Assembly: GCA_043814545.1 (NCBI GenBank)
Contig: JBDRJY010000004.1
Location: 10,788-74,787 of the forward strand
Origin: an archaeon
GTDB taxonomy: Archaea > Nanobdellota > Nanobdellia > SCGC-AAA011-G17 > GW2011-AR17
DNA: 64,000 nt
Reading direction: 5' to 3'
The first letter of the stretch is position 1, and each line of letters opens with the position of its first letter. The position numbers and the translations under genes were made by a program. Below are positions 51,689 through 60,809 of this stretch, one piece after another. The notes under the pieces were generated by a model. The model was not told where the DNA came from and did not search any database. It saw only the letters and a list, made by a program, of their open reading frames with translations.

Positions 51689-53129
51689 AAATTTTTTCTT
51701 TAGTTTTAGGATTAAGACCTGTATAATACATACAAGTTGAAACTGTCATTGGGGTGGGTGTAAATATTTGCACTTTTTCTGCATTATGCATATGTTTAAT
51801 TTCTCTTGCTAATTCTCGGGCTTCTTTCATAGAAGAACCAGGATGTGCAGTCATAAAATAAAACGATAATTTTCGGCCAGTTTGAGTAAAATCTTTAATA
51901 AATTTTTTAAGGTTACCTCGGTCTTTATTCATTAATTTTAATACATTTGGATTTACATGCTCCGGAGCAATTCTAAGGGTGTTAAAAGTATGATACTCGC
52001 CAATTTCTTTAACCAGTTCTGGCGAAGCTAAATCAAACCGAATCCCGCTTCGTATATTTATTTTTTTAACGCCTTTTATTTCTCTAGCTTTTCTTAACAA
52101 GTTAATTAATCTTTTATTACTTTGGTCTAAGATTTTACAATCAATACAATCTTGGTTACATCTGTTACAATCCATTCCATACATGTTAGCAGAAGCTCCC
52201 CCTAAGTCGTCAATGTTACCTTTGAAATGCGGTAATTTTGTAATCTTTTTGATTTCTCTGAATATTGACTCTTCACTTCTTGAGATTATTCGATCACCTT
52301 GTATTAAATTAACAGAACAGAAATTACATTTGCCTATACATCCTCTATGACTGACAACACTAAACTCAAATCCTCTCAATTCTTTAGGAGTTTTTCTAGT
52401 AAATGGTAATTCATAATATTCGTCCAGGTCTTTAGGTTTGTAAACTGGACTTTTATATTGTACTATGTACCGGTTATCGATTTTTTGAATTAAATTTTTA
52501 TTATTGCTTAACATATTTTGCATATCACAAAACTTTTCTTTTGAGTTAGACACTTCTTCATAACTTGGTAATTCTTCTATCTTAGATACTTGATTTAGAA
52601 TCATACAAGTACCTTCAATTTCGTCTAACGATTTATTATCTTTAATCCTTTGAGCAATTTCAACTATTTGTTTTTCAGCGTTACCATATGCTAGAATATC
52701 TGCTCTGGTATCGAACAGTATAGGTTTCCTTAACCGATTTTGCCAGTAATCATAATGTACAAACCTTCGCAAACTAGCTTCAGTCCCTCCTAAAACAACG
52801 ATAGACCCTCGGAACTTATGTTTGATCCAGTTTGTGTAAACAGTTATCGCTCTATCAGGAACAGTTTCATTATAATCAACATAATCATCTTCAGTTCTTA
52901 GTTTCTTTAACGGTGTATAATTACGAACCATAGAATCAATACTTCCAGATGTTACTCCAAAAAATAGTTTAGGTTTACCTAACGTGGTGATTTCTTCTTC
53001 TACCTTAGGTTTTTCGATAATGCCTACTTTAAACCCTTTTTTTTCTAACAATCTTTTCAGTATAGCAACTCCGCAAAGAGGGTGGTCGAAGAAAAGTTCT
53101 CCTGTAACAAAGATAATATCATATTCCAT
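51633..53129 (-). CDS. YgiQ-family (UPF0313) radical SAM protein
   Basis: N-terminal YDIIFVTGELFFDHPLCGVAILKRLLEKKGFKVGIIEKP (YgiQ N-domain signature) and SHRGCIGKCNFC. Confidence 0.82.
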   Translation of the reverse strand: MEYDIIFVTGELFFDHPLCGVAILKRLLEKKGFKVGIIEKPKVEEEITTLGKPKLFFGVTSGSIDSMVRNYTPLKKLRTEDDYVDYNETVPDRAITVYTNWIKHKFRGSIVVLGGTEASLRRFVHYDYWQNRLRKPILFDTRADILAYGNAEKQIVEIAQRIKDNKSLDEIEGTCMILNQVSKIEELPSYEEVSNSKEKFCDMQNMLSNNKNLIQKIDNRYIVQYKSPVYKPKDLDEYYELPFTRKTPKELRGFEFSVVSHRGCIGKCNFCSVNLIQGDRIISRSEESIFREIKKITKLPHFKGNIDDLGGASANMYGMDCNRCNQDCIDCKILDQSNKRLINLLRKAREIKGVKKINIRSGIRFDLASPELVKEIGEYHTFNTLRIAPEHVNPNVLKLMNKDRGNLKKFIKDFTQTGRKLSFYFMTAHPGSSMKEARELAREIKHMHNAEKVQIFTPTPMTVSTCMYYTGLNPKTKEKIYVPYTYSEKKEQKRVVFD

Positions 53130-53194
53130 TATAACTTAAATTTTAGCTTACTTTTTAAGCTTAACCTTTGGTATTTTATAACTAAAAAAATAAT

Positions 53195-54649
53195 TTATTT
53201 CTTATAATAAACCACTCTAGCAAGAATAGATTTAGCACCTTTGACAACACGTGCAATTTCTTTCAAATTTTTACACCGTTTCAAGTTTTGTATAATAACA
53301 CCTGGTGAAGTGTAATAAGACAAGTAAGCTTTACGTATAACGCCAGATAGTTCTTCTTTACTCAAATGTTCAGTTTTTAAAATCTGACCTTGTGTACCGT
53401 CTAAGTCTGAATAAGAATTAATATCTAACAAACCTTTCTGCACAGCTTCGTCATAAAATTTTGTACCTGGGAAAGGTGCTGCTAACGTAAATTGTACAAA
53501 ATCAGCTTTCAACTTCTTAGCAAAATCAAGAGTAGCTTTAATAGTCTCTTTATTTTCTGGAGGTAAACCAAAAACAAAACTACCACTTGCAACTAAACCA
53601 TGTTTTTGGGTAATCTTTACAGCTTTCAACATTTGATCTTTAGTGATATTTTTGCCAATAGATCTTAAAATAATTGGAGAACCAGATTCAAAACCAAAGA
53701 ATATCTGTGTACATCCAGCTTTTTTCATAATTTTCACCATATCTTCGTCGGTAGTATTAACGCGTCCCATACAAATCCAAGGAATTTTAATCTTACGTTT
53801 TATAATTTCGTTACACATTTCCAACATTCTATCTTTGGTTAAAGCAAAAGTATCGTCGTCAAAGAATAAGGAATCAATATTATGTTCATGCAACAAATAT
53901 TCAATTTCATCAACAACAGATTTAGCTGACCTTTGCCTATACTTATGCCCGCTAGTTGTCTCGGGCCATAAACAAAAGCTACACTGGTATGGGCAACCTC
54001 TACTAGACAATAATACACCTGTTCTTTTCCCACAGAAAAAAGCCATTTGATAATCTTCAATACGAAAATCATTTCTATCTGGGTAAGGTAATTCGTCTAA
54101 GTTTTCAATGAACGGCATCTTATCGTTAATAATAATGTTGCCATTACTTTTGTTTCGCCAAGTAAGACCTTTAACTTCTTTTAATGACGTATTATCGCGC
54201 ATAGCTTTACACAAATCACAAAGGGTAGCTTCAAACTCGGCTTGCACACAACCGTCGACAAAACTATAATTTTTCATAATATTTTTATGGTCAAAACTCA
54301 CATGCGATCCACAAAAAACTAAAAATGTTTCAGGCAATCGTTCTTTTAATTTACGAGCAGTTTCAAGATCATAATTCAACGAAGGTGTAGAAACTTCCAT
54401 AACAACAACATCTGGTTTAAACTTTTCCATTTTTTTAACAAAATCAAAAATGCCTAATTCTTTTTCTACAGCATCCAAGCCTAAAACTTCAAAACCTTCT
54501 TTTTTAAGAACAGCACTTGTGTAGGCTAAGTACAAAGGAAAAATTAAATGTTTATCTTTACGCTTATGCGGCCACCTAACATTACTCCTGGCTCCAATCC
54601 CTCCGCCTGGCCACGGCGGATTTGTCACAGCTACTTTAATGTTTGACAT
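53195..54649 (-). CDS. B12-binding-domain radical SAM protein (class B-like)
   Basis: Rossmann-like N-domain (VVVMEVSTPS...FCGSHVSF), then SRGCPYQCSFC. 14-nt overlap with the upstream paralogue. Confidence 0.88.
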   Translation of the reverse strand: MSNIKVAVTNPPWPGGGIGARSNVRWPHKRKDKHLIFPLYLAYTSAVLKKEGFEVLGLDAVEKELGIFDFVKKMEKFKPDVVVMEVSTPSLNYDLETARKLKERLPETFLVFCGSHVSFDHKNIMKNYSFVDGCVQAEFEATLCDLCKAMRDNTSLKEVKGLTWRNKSNGNIIINDKMPFIENLDELPYPDRNDFRIEDYQMAFFCGKRTGVLLSSRGCPYQCSFCLWPETTSGHKYRQRSAKSVVDEIEYLLHEHNIDSLFFDDDTFALTKDRMLEMCNEIIKRKIKIPWICMGRVNTTDEDMVKIMKKAGCTQIFFGFESGSPIILRSIGKNITKDQMLKAVKITQKHGLVASGSFVFGLPPENKETIKATLDFAKKLKADFVQFTLAAPFPGTKFYDEAVQKGLLDINSYSDLDGTQGQILKTEHLSKEELSGVIRKAYLSYYTSPGVIIQNLKRCKNLKEIARVVKGAKSILARVVYYKK

Positions 54650-56054
54650 TTTTAATCATTTGTAACGGGCTAATATGACTGCCAACTAACTGGTAAAAAC
54701 CACGAACCCTCCTTTGCATTTCATAAGGAGAACGTAACGCGCCTTTAAATTGATTCGCTATATATCCTGGACGCAAATAAAATTCGCGTAAAAACTTTTT
54801 TTGCATCGCACGCACTTGTTTAGGCGTAAAATCTTTAGTTTCAATTACACCTCTAAACATAAAATTAAGCTCTTCCCAGTTAAATTCTTTCTGTTTACCT
54901 ACTTTCAAAGCCATGTCACACAATTCTGTTTTAGGGAAAGGTGTCGCAATGCTAACTTGGATAGCGTCAGGCTCAATTTCTTTAGCAAACCTGATAGAAA
55001 CTTCCATATTACGCAAAGTTTCACCAGGCATACCGACGATAAACGTTGTATGGGTAAATATTCCTACTTCTTTACATAATTTAATTGCTTTACGAATTTG
55101 GTCGAGTGTAATGCCTTTCTTATGATATTTGTTAAGAACTTCTTGAACCCCGCTCTCAACACCGAAAGAAATTGAAACGCAACCGCCTTCTTTCATTTTA
55201 GCAAGTAATTCTTTGTCAACAAGATTAACACGAGTGTTACAACCCCATTTTATCTTAAGCTTACGTTTTTTAATTTCAGATATCAGATCTAAAACCCATT
55301 GCCTATTAGTAGTAAGAGTATCGTCGTTAAACAAAATACCTTTAACACCATAATCTTTAATCAACATTTCAATTTCGTCAACATAGTTGGAAGGGCTACG
55401 TTGTCGAACTTTCCGACCATAGTTTAAATTGGTAGCACAAAACGTACAATTGAACGGGCAACCTCTACTGCCGAGAACAGTTGTTGAAGGTCGTGGAAGA
55501 ATCCAGCTTGAACGTCCAATACTATATTTCAAATATTTATTCATTGGCAACAAATCTCTAGCTGGGAAAGGTAAATCATCCAAATTTTCAATCAACTTTT
55601 GTTGTTGAGTATAAACAATCTTACCATTTTTCTTATAATAAATGCCATCAACTTCACTTAGGTTAGTTCTATTTTTCAAAGCTTTAACAAGCTCAACCAT
55701 TACTTCTTCACCTTCGCCTTTAACAATAATGTCAAAACCGTAATCAAAAGTTTCTTCAGGCAATGCAGACGGGTGAGAGCCTCCAGCGACGAACACTGCG
55801 TTCGGTGCAATAGACCGTAAACTTTTAACCAAATCTTTTAGATCTTTAATCATATCTGTAAGAATCCCAATACCAATAATGTCAGGTTTTTTTTCTTGAA
55901 CCATTGCAAACAATTTCTCTTTAGTCATGTCAAAAGAACAATCAATCAAATCTACATCAAGACCATTCTCACGCATGTAAGATGCCAAGTACGTTAATCC
56001 TATCGGCGGACTGCTGAAAGGCCAAAATCTTGGATAAATTAAAAGAGTTTTCAT
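54636..56054 (-). CDS. B12-binding-domain radical SAM protein (class B-like)
   Basis: KTLLIYPR...PPIGLTYLASYMRENG...AGGSHPSALPEE, then SRGCPFNCTFC. 4-nt overlap with the carbamoyltransferase gene. Confidence 0.88.
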   Translation of the reverse strand: MKTLLIYPRFWPFSSPPIGLTYLASYMRENGLDVDLIDCSFDMTKEKLFAMVQEKKPDIIGIGILTDMIKDLKDLVKSLRSIAPNAVFVAGGSHPSALPEETFDYGFDIIVKGEGEEVMVELVKALKNRTNLSEVDGIYYKKNGKIVYTQQQKLIENLDDLPFPARDLLPMNKYLKYSIGRSSWILPRPSTTVLGSRGCPFNCTFCATNLNYGRKVRQRSPSNYVDEIEMLIKDYGVKGILFNDDTLTTNRQWVLDLISEIKKRKLKIKWGCNTRVNLVDKELLAKMKEGGCVSISFGVESGVQEVLNKYHKKGITLDQIRKAIKLCKEVGIFTHTTFIVGMPGETLRNMEVSIRFAKEIEPDAIQVSIATPFPKTELCDMALKVGKQKEFNWEELNFMFRGVIETKDFTPKQVRAMQKKFLREFYLRPGYIANQFKGALRSPYEMQRRVRGFYQLVGSHISPLQMIKNVKH

Positions 56055-57748
56055 TTGCGTTTTGTTACAACCCAGTTACCCATTACAAGAATGTCTACTG
56101 TCCCTTTGTTGAACGAGTTTAAACCATTCTCTGGCGTATGTATTATTGGTTCTTCGTGAGAGTTAAAGCTAGTGTTAACAAAGATTGGTAATCCACTTTC
56201 ACGTTGATACTGTTGTAGGATTTTGTAATACCTAGGATTTTGGTTTTTACTTACAACTTGTGGTCGAGTAGTATTGTCAACGTGTACAACAGCTTTAGCT
56301 TTTTGAGCAATTTTTGTATCGTCAAAAGTAATTGTCATGAATTGTGCTGCATATTTAGACCTTGCATAGTTTTCATAATACTTTGGCGCAGCTGTGTCTA
56401 ATATTGACGGAGCAAACGGCATGAACTCGGTACGATGTAAACGTTCATTTAACCATTTGTTAATTGTTTTATCTTGTGGATCAGCAAGGATACTTCTATT
56501 TCCCAAAGCTCTTGGACCAAATTCCATTTTACCGTCGAAATGTCCAATAATTTTTTTCTTTGTAAGCATTTCTCCTATATACTTTTCAATATTTTTTATA
56601 TACTCTCCTTTCATATTTTTGTCAGTAATAGCTTGTTCAATCTCAGAATTTGTAAAACCTGTTCCAAAATAAACATTGTCTAGCTTGTATGGCATAAGAC
56701 CTTTACCTTTATGTGCCATTGCACGACCTGCAACATATAATGCAGCGCCAGCACCAAGACCACCATCACCCATGTGTGGATGAATGTAAACAGACTTAAC
56801 ACCTTTAGCTTCAGCTATTCTTTGATTAATTTTTACGTTAGCAAACAAACCACCTGCAAGCATAACATCTCCTAAACCAGTTTTTTTAACATACTCTTCA
56901 ACAAATTTGGTTGTAACATCTTCACTACGTTTCTGGATAGCTGCAGAATAATCTTCTTTTGAATAAGGCTTTAACTCTTTTCTTAAATGTTTGATTGCAT
57001 CTTCACCAATCATTCCTAGCTGGTTATATGGAGAATTGGTTTTTGTTGAATATCCAAAACAGTTTTTGAATACGTCATAACATTTATCAGGGTTACCGTA
57101 CGCAGCAAGCCCTGTAATCTTACCTTCATGTTTAAACATTTTAAACCCTGCAATTAATGTAATGTATGCGTAATAATAGGCAACAGAGTTTAAAGTAGGC
57201 ACAGATTTTATTTTTTTCAAAACACCATCTTTACCAACATAGACAGTTGAACTTAAACCGTCGCCAGACCCGTCGGATGTAATAACTAAAGCATTTTTCT
57301 TTCCACCAGTGTAATATGCACAAGCTGCGTGACATAAATGATGGTCAACATAAACTACTGGTGCATCAATGCCCAGAGAACGTACATAAGTTTCAGTATC
57401 TTTTGGTCTTAATGCTGTGAAAACTTGTCTTTGCATTTTAGCAAACTTTTGCGATCCTGCTACAGCGGGAAATCGTTTAGCAACTTGCTGATAAACTTTT
57501 TTTCGTGAGGAGACATCTGTCCAACCTAAAGAAGCAACCATTCCAGACGTCGCTGCAATTGCAACTTTGTCAATTTGTCCATGTTCAATTTTTGTAAGTT
57601 TCAGTACAGACTTGATACTTTCTTTTGGAAGACCTGTGTACAATTTCTTACGAACAATACGTTCTTCATTTATTGCGGCTATGATTTTACCATTTTTTAT
57701 TATAGCAGCACCTGCATCGTGCCCGTCTGTTATTCCTAGTACTATCAT
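56051..57748 (-). CDS. Carbamoyltransferase (NodU/CmcH/TobZ family)
   Basis: MIVLGITDGHDAGAAIIKNGKIIAAINEERIVRKK N-terminus (ASKHA-like), HHLCHAACAYY, HPHMGDGGLG, and a C-terminal YrdC-like half (FGPRALGNRSILADP, NTSFN). Confidence 0.9.
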   Translation of the reverse strand: MIVLGITDGHDAGAAIIKNGKIIAAINEERIVRKKLYTGLPKESIKSVLKLTKIEHGQIDKVAIAATSGMVASLGWTDVSSRKKVYQQVAKRFPAVAGSQKFAKMQRQVFTALRPKDTETYVRSLGIDAPVVYVDHHLCHAACAYYTGGKKNALVITSDGSGDGLSSTVYVGKDGVLKKIKSVPTLNSVAYYYAYITLIAGFKMFKHEGKITGLAAYGNPDKCYDVFKNCFGYSTKTNSPYNQLGMIGEDAIKHLRKELKPYSKEDYSAAIQKRSEDVTTKFVEEYVKKTGLGDVMLAGGLFANVKINQRIAEAKGVKSVYIHPHMGDGGLGAGAALYVAGRAMAHKGKGLMPYKLDNVYFGTGFTNSEIEQAITDKNMKGEYIKNIEKYIGEMLTKKKIIGHFDGKMEFGPRALGNRSILADPQDKTINKWLNERLHRTEFMPFAPSILDTAAPKYYENYARSKYAAQFMTITFDDTKIAQKAKAVVHVDNTTRPQVVSKNQNPRYYKILQQYQRESGLPIFVNTSFNSHEEPIIHTPENGLNSFNKGTVDILVMGNWVVTKRK

Positions 57749-57760
57749 TTTTTTCTCCTT

Positions 57761-58642
57761 TTATTTTCTGTGCATGTCGGCCAAAAATCCAAACAAAAGA
57801 ATTTGTATGCCGACTGTTATTAATAGAATAGCAAGTAACAATGAAGGTAAATGCCCAATTGTTCCAGTTGTGAAAAATAGGAATAAAAGCCAAAGTATTA
57901 CAAAAGATCCTAAAGCGAAAAAAGTTCCTCCGAAAAGTCCGAAAAACTTTAACGGTTCATAATCCCTATATATTCTGAAAATGTTAATCCATGCTTTGAT
58001 AGCATAATCGAATGGTCCTTTCATTAAACGGCTTTTACCGCCACGTCTTGCAAAATAAGCAGGAACTTCTTTAATATGAAATTTATTTTTGACAGTCCTA
58101 ATAATTTGTTCTTGAGTATATGTGAATGTAGAAGTAATTTGAACTTTTTTTGCAACTTCTTTTGTAAACGCTCGAAATCCAGTTTGTCCGTCGCTGATTG
58201 GTGTTTGTGTAATATGTGTTAAAACTTTTGAGAACGCAATGTTTCCCATGCGTTTTAGTAAAGGCATATGTTCAATCTTACCTTTAAACCTTGAACCAAG
58301 AACTAAATCATATCCATTTTCAATTTCTTTTAGGAGCTTAGGGATTTCTGAACTGAGATATTGTCCGTCTGCATCTGTGTGCACAAAAACATCACAGTCT
58401 GATTCAATGAAAAGTTTCATCTCGGTCCGGAACGCTTCAGCAAGTCCACAGTTTCTGGGATGCCTAAAAACTTTTGCACCATGGTCCATTGCAATTTTAT
58501 ACGTAGCATCTCTAGAACCATCATCTACTACAAGAACATTATACTTATACTTGGATTTTTTCATAACAGTATGAATATCATCCAGAACTCTACCGATAGT
58601 CCTTGCTTCGTTAAACGCCGGAATTGAAATTAGAACTTTCAT
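57761..58642 (-). CDS. Glycosyltransferase family 2 with C-terminal TM helices (GtrB/Dpm1-like)
   Basis: ISIPAFNEA, VVDDGSRD and HTDADGQY motifs, then two hydrophobic helices at the C-terminus. Confidence 0.88.
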   Translation of the reverse strand: MKVLISIPAFNEARTIGRVLDDIHTVMKKSKYKYNVLVVDDGSRDATYKIAMDHGAKVFRHPRNCGLAEAFRTEMKLFIESDCDVFVHTDADGQYLSSEIPKLLKEIENGYDLVLGSRFKGKIEHMPLLKRMGNIAFSKVLTHITQTPISDGQTGFRAFTKEVAKKVQITSTFTYTQEQIIRTVKNKFHIKEVPAYFARRGGKSRLMKGPFDYAIKAWINIFRIYRDYEPLKFFGLFGGTFFALGSFVILWLLFLFFTTGTIGHLPSLLLAILLITVGIQILLFGFLADMHRK

Positions 58643-58666
58643 GTTTGCTCGTTTACTACTCCTTGT

Positions 58667-60295
58667 TTAAATATTTTTGTATATATGTATACCATTTTCT
58701 GTTTCTTTTATAAGAGGGAGAGACAAATCTTTTTTTGTTACCACATAGTCAATATTTTCTAAATTATTTATGTTACTTATGATAACATTATCGTTTAACC
58801 AAAATCCTATTATGGTTGATTTAACATTTCTTTGATGTAATTCGTAAAGAGAATCTTGTTCAGTTTTTGTCAACACACCTTCATAATCTTCGTCAAATAA
58901 AATGTTCGAATATTCCTGATCATAATCATTGAACCATAAACCTAACTGAGTGTGTTCTGTAGGTAACCAATAAGTTTGTGAATTGTAATATGTTCCAGCA
59001 ATGTTAACACAACTGAAACATAAGAAATATGTAAATAATATTATTGGAAACAGTTTCATCATTTTTAGTTTATGCGCCAAATATGCATCGAGCAAAAGGA
59101 AAAATATGAGAGTTACACTACCTAGTAAGAGAGGTATTCCTAAATATTTAAAAATTAAGTTAGACACGCCTAGCCAAACTAACGACATGTTATTTATCGG
59201 AAACATTTGGAAATAAATCAAAAAACTTCCTGTTAAAGCTAAAACTGCCGGAACAAAATAAGGCAAATATTTTTTCTTTTTATAATTTTGGTAACCAATC
59301 ATACCTCCAATGACAAGTAAAGGTAAAAGAACTTCCACATACCTTCCAACAGATCGATAAAATTCGCCCAGTTCCAAATCGCTTGTATTCAAGGCATGAA
59401 CATTATGGTTAGCTGCAACAAACAAAACTAAACCTAATACTAAAACAAACATTAGCATGAAAACTTTTAATTTTTTATTTTTTGTTTTTAGATTTAACAA
59501 ACTGAAAGCGAAAAGCACAACGCCTGACGATAATACTAAGTAAGCTAGGTATAAAACAATCCACGTAAGAAATACATAAAGGTTTCCTGAATTAATTGAA
59601 ACAATTTCAGCGGAATACCCTCCAACAATAGAAGTTTTTCCAATGTACCAAGGTAAAACTGTTAAAAAACAAACAAGACCCATTAAAACTTTTTTAACTG
59701 ACTGTTGCCAGGATAAGTTAAACAAAAACATTAAAATTACTAAAGGAACCAAAACGATTCCTAAAGTTTTAGTTAAATAAGTTAAACCGATGAAAACACC
59801 TGCAAACAAGTCCCAATATCTAGCGTTAGATGTAAAAGATTTATACACAAAATAAATGGAAAACATGAACAACGGATAAAACAAGTTTTCTGCCATTAGA
59901 AATGAACTAAAAGCAAAAGTTGAAGGTAAAACCCCTACCAACATTGCTGTAATAAAAGATTTTTTCGTACTAAGAAACTCTTTAGCTAAAAGATAAGTTG
60001 GAAATATAATAGAAGTGGATAATAAAACATTAATCACTTTCATAACGAGGTATACAACAGTCATGTCATTAAACAAATAACTTATAGAAAGGAACATTGC
60101 GTATATTGGCGGATAAAAATAAACAGGCGTACCATAAACTAACATTTGTCCAGTATGAAAAAAGTTTTGTGCCATCTCAGCATAAATGTATCCATCACTG
60201 AAAGCAGATGGTGCTGGTATAAAATATACTAAAAGACTTTTTAGCAACACAAACACTATATACAGAATAATAATGTTAACAACACTCTTTTTCAT
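58667..60295 (-). CDS. GT-C fold membrane glycosyltransferase (ArnT/PMT-like)
   Basis: 542 aa with more than 10 TM segments. First-loop acidic motif FSDGYIYAEMAQNF. C-terminal soluble domain. Directly upstream of the GT2 gene on the same strand. Confidence 0.7.
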   Translation of the reverse strand: MKKSVVNIIILYIVFVLLKSLLVYFIPAPSAFSDGYIYAEMAQNFFHTGQMLVYGTPVYFYPPIYAMFLSISYLFNDMTVVYLVMKVINVLLSTSIIFPTYLLAKEFLSTKKSFITAMLVGVLPSTFAFSSFLMAENLFYPLFMFSIYFVYKSFTSNARYWDLFAGVFIGLTYLTKTLGIVLVPLVILMFLFNLSWQQSVKKVLMGLVCFLTVLPWYIGKTSIVGGYSAEIVSINSGNLYVFLTWIVLYLAYLVLSSGVVLFAFSLLNLKTKNKKLKVFMLMFVLVLGLVLFVAANHNVHALNTSDLELGEFYRSVGRYVEVLLPLLVIGGMIGYQNYKKKKYLPYFVPAVLALTGSFLIYFQMFPINNMSLVWLGVSNLIFKYLGIPLLLGSVTLIFFLLLDAYLAHKLKMMKLFPIILFTYFLCFSCVNIAGTYYNSQTYWLPTEHTQLGLWFNDYDQEYSNILFDEDYEGVLTKTEQDSLYELHQRNVKSTIIGFWLNDNVIISNINNLENIDYVVTKKDLSLPLIKETENGIHIYKNI

Positions 60296-60328
60296 CCAGA
60301 CAAAATCTTTTAACTTGTTTTAAAAATC

Positions 60329-60733
60329 TTATGTATTTTCTATATAGAACAATATGATTGAATACGTCTTATGAATCTTAATTTTTTGCTCATAATACAA
60401 GTCCATTAGCATATGAACACACCAGGATCCAACCAAAATCCAGATTAAAGGGAAAAATATGCTTAACACTATACAAACTAAAAGAAATTCTAACGAGTGG
60501 AAAAGAACTAAAAACCCAAACTTACCGTTCTTAAATTGTGAACAGTCGCAGTTATTAAAATATTTGAACATCTTAAGAGGATTCCAGTCTTTATATTTCA
60601 AAGCATAACCCCACCAATGGTCAATATCTATCAACCATCCACCAAATAAAGCTAATACTGACCATAACTCGAAAAAAGGAAATAAAATTATGGTGATTAA
60701 CAATGAAACAAGAAAATGTATTTTTGTATCCAT
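60329..60733 (-). CDS. Small membrane protein, DUF457/YdjM-like candidate
   Basis: 134 aa with 4 TM segments. Conserved-looking His and IDIDHW motif reminiscent of membrane-bound metal-dependent hydrolases. Weak. Confidence 0.4.
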   Translation of the reverse strand: MDTKIHFLVSLLITIILFPFFELWSVLALFGGWLIDIDHWWGYALKYKDWNPLKMFKYFNNCDCSQFKNGKFGFLVLFHSLEFLLVCIVLSIFFPLIWILVGSWCVHMLMDLYYEQKIKIHKTYSIILFYIENT

Positions 60734-60776
60734 CTTTGTTTCTTATTTATCAATTATATAAATACTTTATGCTAAA

Positions 60777-60786
60777 CTTTAAATAC
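60777..60786 (+). promoter_or_regulatory. TATA-like box, probably giving a leaderless transcript
   Basis: CTTTAAATAC ends 23 nt before the ATG at 60810. Confidence 0.35.
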
Positions 60787-60809
60787 AATCTATATTTAAC
60801 TTCTTAACC

